A DNA stretch of 64,000 nucleotides from Octopus vulgaris (taxonomy: Eukaryota). A program made the translations under genes and the position numbers. The notes beneath the pieces are model-generated. The model ran no database searches. It was not told where the DNA came from and was given only the letters and a program-made list of their open reading frames with translations. The stretch covers positions 16,554,001 through 16,618,000 of the forward strand of contig OX597833.1 in assembly GCA_951406725.2 (NCBI GenBank), written 5' to 3'. Positions 55,171 through 64,000 of this stretch are shown one piece after another. Within the stretch, counting starts at the first letter, position 1. Every line of letters starts with the position of its first letter.

Positions 55171-55955
55171 CACACACACACACGCACAATATACACTTGT
55201 ATCCACATATGTTGGCACATGTATGAATGTTAGCTTTCTGTTTCACATTCTTTGCGCCTTCGTATACGTACCTACCACACATGCCATACATACACACATA
55301 CATACATACATACATACATACATACATACATACATACATACATACATACATACATAGTATACATAAATAGTATACATATATACATACACATACATACATA
55401 CATATATACATACATACAGACATACATACATAGTATACATAAATAGTATACATATATACATACAAACATACACACATACACATACATAGTATACATACAT
55501 AAATACATACATACATACATACACACACATACATACATAGTATACATAGATAGTATACATACATACATGCAAACATACACACACACATACATACGTAGTA
55601 TACATACATACGTATATACATACATACATACATTCATACATAAATGCATACATACATACATACATACATACATACATACATACATACATACACACATTGT
55701 ATACATAGATAGTATACACTCACACACACACACACACACACACCGGTATGTATACATTTCGTAACATGCATTCTTATCTGAGTTCCATCTATCGAGTTTC
55801 CCGCTTGCCTCTGTTCACTTAAATGCCAACCTTCCCCGTCAGGTCTTCCTTTTACTATTTGCCCACCTGTATTCTATCTTTCATTCTACCTGTCTATATG
55901 AAACTTAGCCTTAAAGCTGTGTATGTATATATTTGTACATGCACACACACACACA

Positions 55956-56020
<65 letters not shown>

Positions 56021-56314
56021 CACAACGCACACACGTTCGCATATATACCCACAGCACACTCATACAGACACATAATGCACACACATTTGCATAATCAAAC
56101 AGATTCTCTCTCTCTCTCTATCTATCTGTCTGTCTATCACTCTCTAATACGCTCACAAAAACACACATGTAGCCATGTACACACACACACATATGCCCCA
56201 GCATGGCCACAGCCTTTGAGATGAAACGTATAAAAGAATAAATACATACATCCATATATATATATATATATATATATATATCATGCTAGCATGGACACTG
56301 ACGCTAACTGATGA

Positions 56315-56356
<42 letters not shown>

Positions 56357-56360
<4 letters not shown>

Positions 56361-56725
56361 AGTGGTTAGGGCAGCGGACTCGCGGTTGTAGGATCACGGT
56401 TTCGATTCCCAGACTGGGCGTTATGAGTGTTTATTGAGCGATAACACCTAAAGCCCCACGAGGCTCCTGCAGGGGGTGGTGGTGAATCCTACTGTACTCT
56501 TTTACCACAACTTTCTCTTACTCTTTCTTCCTGTTTCTGTTGTACCTGTATTTCAAAGGGCCAGCCTTGTCACACTCTACGTCACGCTGAATCTCCCCGT
56601 GAACTACGTTAAGGGTACACGTGTCTATGGAGTGCTCAGTCACTTGCACGTTAATTTCACGAGCAGGCTGTTCCGTTGATCGGATCAACTGGAACCCTCA
56701 TCGTCGTAACCGACGGAGTGCCACC
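56357..56725 (+). mobile_element. Family-C SINE, slightly 5'-truncated
   Basis: Matches 18272-18665. Confidence 0.9.
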
Positions 56726-56862
56726 ATATGTATATGCATATATACATATGATGGCTGCCCCCTCGTTATCGAGTATGGCCATTACACGAAGCTTAACTGT
56801 TACTGGTGCTGTGATCGAATGTGACTTTTTAGCCCAGCTAAAGATCTACAATGTCTTGTATG

Positions 56863-56964
<102 letters not shown>

Positions 56965-57250
56965 CACACATACATGCATACATAGATATATATACATACA
57001 CTTATTTTGATACACACATTCATATTCATGCACACACATACACACACACAAAATTTTATTCGTTTGTTTAGTTGTTTCCGTGTATCTTTTACCCCTAACA
57101 ATGTTATATATTGCAAGTATGTGTGCAACATAAACGCTGTAAGTGTATTCATGTTTGCATTTATAGTCCAATGCATACAAATGTAAATTCTCTTATGATA
57201 AGCTTGTTCCTTTGAGTATGTAGCAACACACATTGTATATATAACACACG

Positions 57251-57288
<38 letters not shown>

Positions 57289-57354
57289 TCCCGGGTTGAG
57301 TCGGGGTTAACCACAGTCAATAAGGTACTCAATACATAGCAGAGTAAATTAATT

Positions 57355-57455
57355 TATTTTATAGAAGGAGCTTCTACAGGACTAGAACTGTTTCATTCAA
57401 AAGAAATCATCTTTTGAATGAAACAGTTCTAGTCCTGTAGAAGCTCCTTCTATAA

Positions 57456-57460
<5 letters not shown>
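57355..57460. repeat. Perfect ~50-bp-arm hairpin in a short insert (57287-57460) between (TA)n tracts
   Basis: TTATTTTATAGAAGGAGCTTCTACAGGACTAGAACTGTTTCATTCAAAAGA-aatca-reverse complement. Confidence 0.95.
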
Positions 57461-57502
<42 letters not shown>

Positions 57503-57506
<4 letters not shown>

Positions 57507-57799
57507 CGTGACCGACCAAGCTATCAGATGTTGCTACACATCGCTGGTCACAATGCACTTCGCATTGTTTTAGCCTTCAAACGACGCCACCTCGCTGGCT
57601 AAGCGAACTGGCCCACAGAAGAAAGAGTAAGAGAAAGTTGTGGCGAAAGAGTACAGCAGGGATCGCCCCCTCTGCCGGAGCCTCGTAGAGCTTTAGGTGT
57701 TTTTGTTCAATAAACACTCATAACGCCCAGTCTGGGAAGCGAAACCGTGATTCTACAACCGCGAGTCCGCTGCCCTAACTACTGGGCCATTGCGCCTCC

Positions 57800-57800
<1 letters not shown>
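57503..57800 (-). mobile_element. Family-C-headed SINE with a different 3' tail
   Basis: Matches family C up to CTTTCTCTTACTCTT, then continues with TCTTCTGTGGGCCAGTTCGCTTAGCCAGCG...GGTCACGGTGAT. Confidence 0.85.
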
Positions 57801-58585
<785 letters not shown>

Positions 58586-59560
58586 ATACGTTAGTGTATG
58601 TTAGTGTACATGTGTTTTCCTCTTTGCCCTGACTACAATGAAAATTATATTACGCACAGTGAAAACCAGACACCATTTCAACCCATGTGTTGTTTGATTA
58701 ATCGAGATCTCTCAGTATATTCTTGTCTAAAGAAAAGCCATTACTTCTGTCATTGTAACGGCAACAGATGATCGGCTGATGATGATCACATGATTGTCAC
58801 GTTATTTCTTAGTAATCTCCAATCTACGATCTCATGTTTGTGCGTGCTTCTCGCGTGAAGTATTGGTCGTGTTATAATTGCTTTGATATCTTGTTTCATT
58901 TCCTAAAATTAAAAAAGAAAAAGAAAGACAACTGAAAAGATTATACACATTCTTATTAAACATTCAGAAACTACAGCAGCTGACATGCAGTAGTGTATAA
59001 ATATGTGGATTGCAGTGGAGTTAAACTAAAAATAGACTAAGCTATAGAATATGTCTCACAAGAAATGTTGAATTCAATATTGCTAGCTAACGAAAGCCTT
59101 GTCAGTTTTATAGCTTCTAACGCTCATAATTAAAAAAATTATTCTTATCTGTCTGTAATTTCCTTTCGTTAGATGGACATCAATGTCTTGACTGCGTCAT
59201 TTCTGTACTATCGATCACACTCGTATAAATTCAAGCTGTTTCATGAAAAAGTTGACCTTCAACTTATCATGGTGTCGTATCTAAATGTTTTAAGCTAATT
59301 TTGTCTGCCACTCTACGAAACCTAACAAATATTTCAGGCTTTTCATGAACTCCATTCCGCAAAAACGTAAAAACAAGAATAATAAAAAGGGGAATAACTC
59401 TCTCGCCAAAATAATAAAAGTGGTTGAGGAGGGGAAAAGGCATGGCCGGATCGTTACAGTTTCAAAATGACTGTCAGTCTGAATCACAGAAATTAAATGT
59501 ATGAAATATCCATGAATATACTTGGAAGATACCACGACTCATTACACAATTAGATAACTC

Positions 59561-60009
59561 GGATCTTTTCGGTTTGAACGGCAGTTTTTTAAAATCATTT
59601 TCACGTAACTAAACACTTTTAAACTTCGTATACTGGTAGAATGTGTTTATAAAACAGCTTTTTCTCTTGACTTTATTGAGAAAATTCTATAGTTTGTAAG
59701 ATATTTGTTGTTTTTTTTCTTCAATTTCTGCTATTTCAACCAATCAATGAGGTGAAAACGTCTATTGAGGTGAAAACATTCTGTGCCGTATGAATATGTC
59801 CCTCGCTTAAGAAACAGATTGGGTTTATTTACATTTCTGAAGAAAAAAAAGATACCCTTCCCCCACCCCTACCCCTAACCCTAACCCTAACTAACCCTAA
59901 CCCTTTAAAACAGATTAAAATGCAATAGATCGATACTAGGGTCAAAATTATGGGTAACAATTTCATATGACATCGCTAGAAAAAACTGCTGTTCAAACCG
60001 AAAAGACCC
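59561..60009. mobile_element. MITE with 30-bp TIRs and 8-bp TSD (Merlin-like or hAT-like)
   Basis: TIR GGATCTTTTCGGTTTGAACGGCAGTTTTTT / AAAAAACTGCTGTTCAAACCGAAAAGACCC. TSD GATAACTC (59553-59560) and GATAACCC (60010-60017). Confidence 0.88.
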
Positions 60010-60409
60010 GATAACCCTGTTCCACATTAGATGTTGGCTCGATTTATACACACAATGTTGTTTTGATTTTAACGAGGCAAAACTTTAGAACTTTACAAAT
60101 GTGAAAATTATTTCTCCGGTAACGATAGGATTAAATCTTTGATGAATGTTCCAGTCGTGTTGGCTAAAATCTAAGTATAATTATTCCTTCATCTCTTCTA
60201 TTATTCATCCTGTAGCCTTCTGTTCTCTCTTGTCTACCCATTATCTGTCACATAGAAGAAAATAATTTGTGCTTCATTAATGTCTCATTGTTAATCTTAG
60301 TACAATCTAATTCAGACTTTAAACTTATCGATGCCACTGGTTTGATTAAATTTTGATTAAAGTAATTCAGGAAATAGGACCCAGTATTATCGTAGATGCT
60401 ATTCTTGTA

Positions 60410-61070
60410 GCCATTAATTTGCTAGATTACAATATGGAGACTGGAAAATGATAGTTTCAGACTATACTACAAACCAAACGAGAAATTAGTGTATATACAT
60501 AGATACTCGAATCACCCACGTTATGTCTTAAGGAAAGTAGTTGACTACGTTAGTAAAAGAGTAGCCTCGATATTTTCCGATGTAAATGTTTTTCTGGAAG
60601 CAACTAGGTATTATAATGAGGAGCCAAGAAACTCTGGGTTCTCCGATAAGATTAAATACGTAAAAATTACTTGGAAAGAAGTATTTAACCTAGCAGCAAC
60701 AACAAAAATATCTAGGGAATTTCGAAGATTAATAGATCAATATTTCCCACCAGGGTAAAAGTATATATAGTAAGATATTAAATATGAGCTGTGTTAAGAT
60801 AACTATTCAGTTTGAAAAATAAAAAACTCGGTTATATAAGAGGTTATAATGCTGCAAAGCTGAATAGCAAGGAGAGGTGAACAGTTGACCACCTAAAACC
60901 ATGCAACTTTAGAATTAGTGAGAACTGCCCACTAGATAGTAACTGTTTATCAAAGTCAATAACGCTAAAGTCGAAACAAACATCAGAAATGGACAATATA
61001 TATATATATATATATTTATTGGAGCAACTGAATTAACATTGAAAAATTGATTCTATTAGCACAAACATTT
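60410..61070 (+). pseudogene. Penelope-like element remnant: RT thumb, linker and GIY-YIG N-terminus
   Basis: FRLYYKPNEKLVYIHRYSNHP...SKRVASIFSD...YYNE...SGF...LIDQYFPPG, then PCNFRISENCPLDSNCLSKS and IFIGATELTLKN*FY*HK. Many stops and frameshifts. Confidence 0.85.
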
Positions 61071-61494
61071 ATTTGTCAGCGCTGATGACAAATAAATGCA
61101 CAGCGACTTTGTTCAAATTTAAATGGCTCTCGCGCGAGACAAGTTTTCACTAACTGAAAAGACGATAATATACAAGCTCAAAACGGAAACAAACAACAGA
61201 GATAAACATGAAATATATACTGGAACAACTTAATCAAAACAAACAAGCTGAATTCCCGTTATACTTTGCACAAAACAACAACAACAACAACAATAGTTTC
61301 TCTTTTCTTTATTTTCTTTCGTTTTCACTTTTTCTGTTTTCTATTTTTTATTTTTTCCTTTTTCCTTCTTTTCCCCCCTTTTTCTACCACACAACTTAAT
61401 TTTGTCAATGAACAACCGGGTATGCTTATATTAATGGCTAACCAATGAAAACAGTGAGTCTCTTTGCCTAAGGTGTCGGGAAGACATTCGCCAA

Positions 61495-61605
61495 GAATGA
61501 GTTGGTACTTATTTGATCAACCTCGGCGGAATTTGAACTCAGAATGTAAAGATGGACAAAATGCCGCTGAGCATTTCGCCCGGCATGCTCAAATAATAAT
61601 AATAA

Positions 61606-61688
<83 letters not shown>

Positions 61689-62548
61689 TGTAGTATAGGC
61701 ACAAAGCCTGAAATTTGGTGGGGGAAGACTAGTTGATTTCATCAACCCCAGTGTTTCACTGGTGCTTAATTTATCGACGCCGAAAGGATGAAAGGCAAAG
61801 TCGACCCCGGTGGAATTTGAACTCAGAACGTAGAGACGGGTGAAGTACCGCTAAGAATTTTGTCCAGCGTGCTAATGGTTCTGTCAGCACACCGCCTTAA
61901 ATAATACTTTCTACTAATGGCACAAGGCCTGAAATTTGGGTGGGGGAGGGGAATAGTTGATTACATCGACCCTAGTGTTTCACTGGTACTTAATTTATCG
62001 ACCCCGAAAGGATTAAAGGCATAGTGAACCTCGGCGGAATTTGAACTCAGAATGTAAAGACAGCGGTTCGGTAAAAGAGGCCATTAGAAAAATACAAGGC
62101 TTAAAAAAAGAAATATCAGGATCCATTCATTCGACCAAAAAATTCTAGGCGGTGCCCCAGCATGACCGCAGTCTAATGACAGAAACAAACAAAAAATAAA
62201 AAATAGAATATTTATTTCTTTACTACCCACAAGGGGCTAAACACAGAGAGGACAAACAAGGAGAGACAAACGGATTAAGTCAATTATATCGATTCCAGTG
62301 CGTAACTGGTACTTATTTATTTCTTTATTGCCCACAAGGGGCTAAACATAGAGAGAACATACAAGGACAAAGGGATTAAGTCGATTACATCGACCCCAGT
62401 GCGTAACTGGTACTTAATTTATCGACCTCAAAAGGATGAAAGGCAAAGTCGACCTCGGAGGAATTTGAACTCAGAACGTAGCGGCAGACGAAATACGGCT
62501 ACGCATTTCGCCCGGTGTGCTAACGTTTCTGCCAGCTCGCCGCCTTAA
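61495..62548 (-). mobile_element. Cluster of family-B SINE units, with an (AAT)n tract at 61591-61685 and a family-A tail at ~62063-62200 (+)
   Basis: Repeated GAAAGGATGAAAGGCAAAGTCGACC and GAATTTGAACTCAGAA. Confidence 0.85.
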
Positions 62549-63110
62549 TAAATGATAAAATATTGTACTCCTAATTGTGTAGTAGTCTGACGAACAGCAG
62601 ACACTACGATTTATTGTCTTTTGTTGATCATTTGCTGTTAATTCCTGAGAATATGGTTTAATAACCATATGAAACATAGCTTTTGAAAGAAAAAACAATT
62701 AATTTCCCCGGTGGACATTCGAAATATTAATTATGTCAATCCGACCAATTAAAGATTTCGATCATTTTAGACGTAAGGTATCAAATATGATACCTTACTG
62801 TCAGTAAATTTACTGTCAGAAAAATATAGTTTATTGGCTTTAGTGTTTGTGTTTATTGCAGTAAATCGGGGCCCTGGGGGAAACAATAATGTTTCTTATG
62901 TCAAATGCAATAAAAATTCTTTTAAAACCCAACGAAAAGAAAGCTTATTGAATAACACAACGTTCTACTCGAATTTTTAGTTTATTTTCCCTTTTTCAGT
63001 TAAGTGGTTACGAGTTCAGTTCCACAGGGTGGCACCTTGGGAAAATTTCTTCTACTATAGCCCGAGGCCGACCAATACTTTATGAGTGAAATTAGTAGAC
63101 GGAATCTCGT

Positions 63111-63191
<81 letters not shown>

Positions 63192-63517
63192 AAACAAACA
63201 AACAATCCAATGAACAGAAGACAAAGAAAATTCTTTAACACATCTTTAATTATAAGTTATACATGCTTCAGTACCATCTCCATTTGCAACGTCAGTTTGC
63301 GTTAAAATTCTAAAAGAAAAATCACGTAATATTTCCGGTTTTAGACACTGAAGGGGCACTTCCTTAGATTTGTATCAAAGGTGTACTATTACGTTATACA
63401 CACACACACAAACACACACACATATACATAATATAATATTATTATTATTAATAATAATAATATTATATTATTATTAATTATTAATTATTAATAACACAGA
63501 CACAGACACACACACAC

Positions 63518-64000
63518 AGATTGCGATGAGTAAATTATCGCCATTTTATATTTTTGATTTCGCGCTTGCTCATTGTTTGTTTTTGATTTTGTCGACTACA
63601 CATTATAGTAGGGTCAGTTGGGCACCGTCTGTGAGAAAAAACAACACCATGATGCAATTCACTCTGACAGAAATTTGGAAACGAAATGCTGTAGTGCTTG
63701 GTATTCGCTCCGGAGCCAATACGAACATTTTAGAGTATTTGGGTGTCAGTCTGAGGACAGTGCAATCTGAGGACATGATAATCTGAGGACGTGACAAAGA
63801 ACAAAGATCCAGTCAACATCATGGTGTTTGGAGTGATCTCTAGTGATGGCGACATTATGCCTACATTCATCTTCCCACACGGCTTCAGATTCAACACAGA
63901 GACTTACAGCAAGTGCGTGTAGCAGGTAGTGATGCCCAGGATGAAGAGGGTGGCTGCTAGAGGACCTTATATCTTGCAACAGGACTTTGCACCATGCTAC
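63518..64000 (+). mobile_element. Second copy of the deleted Tc1/mariner element (runs off the window)
   Basis: MMQFTLTEIWKRNAVVLGIRSG..., then PVNIMVFGVISSDGDIMPTFIFPHG...YILQQDFAPCY. Homologous to 45093-45975. Confidence 0.88.

Noticed and set aside
59873-59903. Telomeric repeats as a chromosome end or fusion site
   Set aside because: Only about five units, inside a TIR/TSD-bounded MITE.

Overview
Eukaryotic, AT-rich, gene-poor DNA (intergenic or deep intron) made almost entirely of microsatellites and transposon debris. The SINE families resemble those I know from octopod cephalopods; this is inferred and not checked. No host protein-coding exon is supportable, and nearly all listed ORFs are microsatellite or SINE translations. 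One real gene is present: tRNA-Ser(GCT) at 17820-17901 (-). Mobile DNA includes at least four tRNA-derived SINE families; RTE, CR1-like and L1/Tx1-like LINE remnants; Penelope-like (PLE) RT/GIY-YIG remnants; a Helitron Rep fragment plus short non-autonomous Helitrons; two deleted Tc1/mariner copies; and several MITEs. Three signals stand out. (1) At least six minimal type-I hammerhead-ribozyme-like motifs lie in five unrelated short non-coding elements, several at (TA)n tracts and one carrying a tRNA-like Pol III head. (2) Fold-back (inverted) duplications recur at every scale from 12 to 400 bp. (3) One SINE family shares its 3' tail with the Tx1-like LINE 3' end in the same window. Repeat boundaries are read by eye and approximate.
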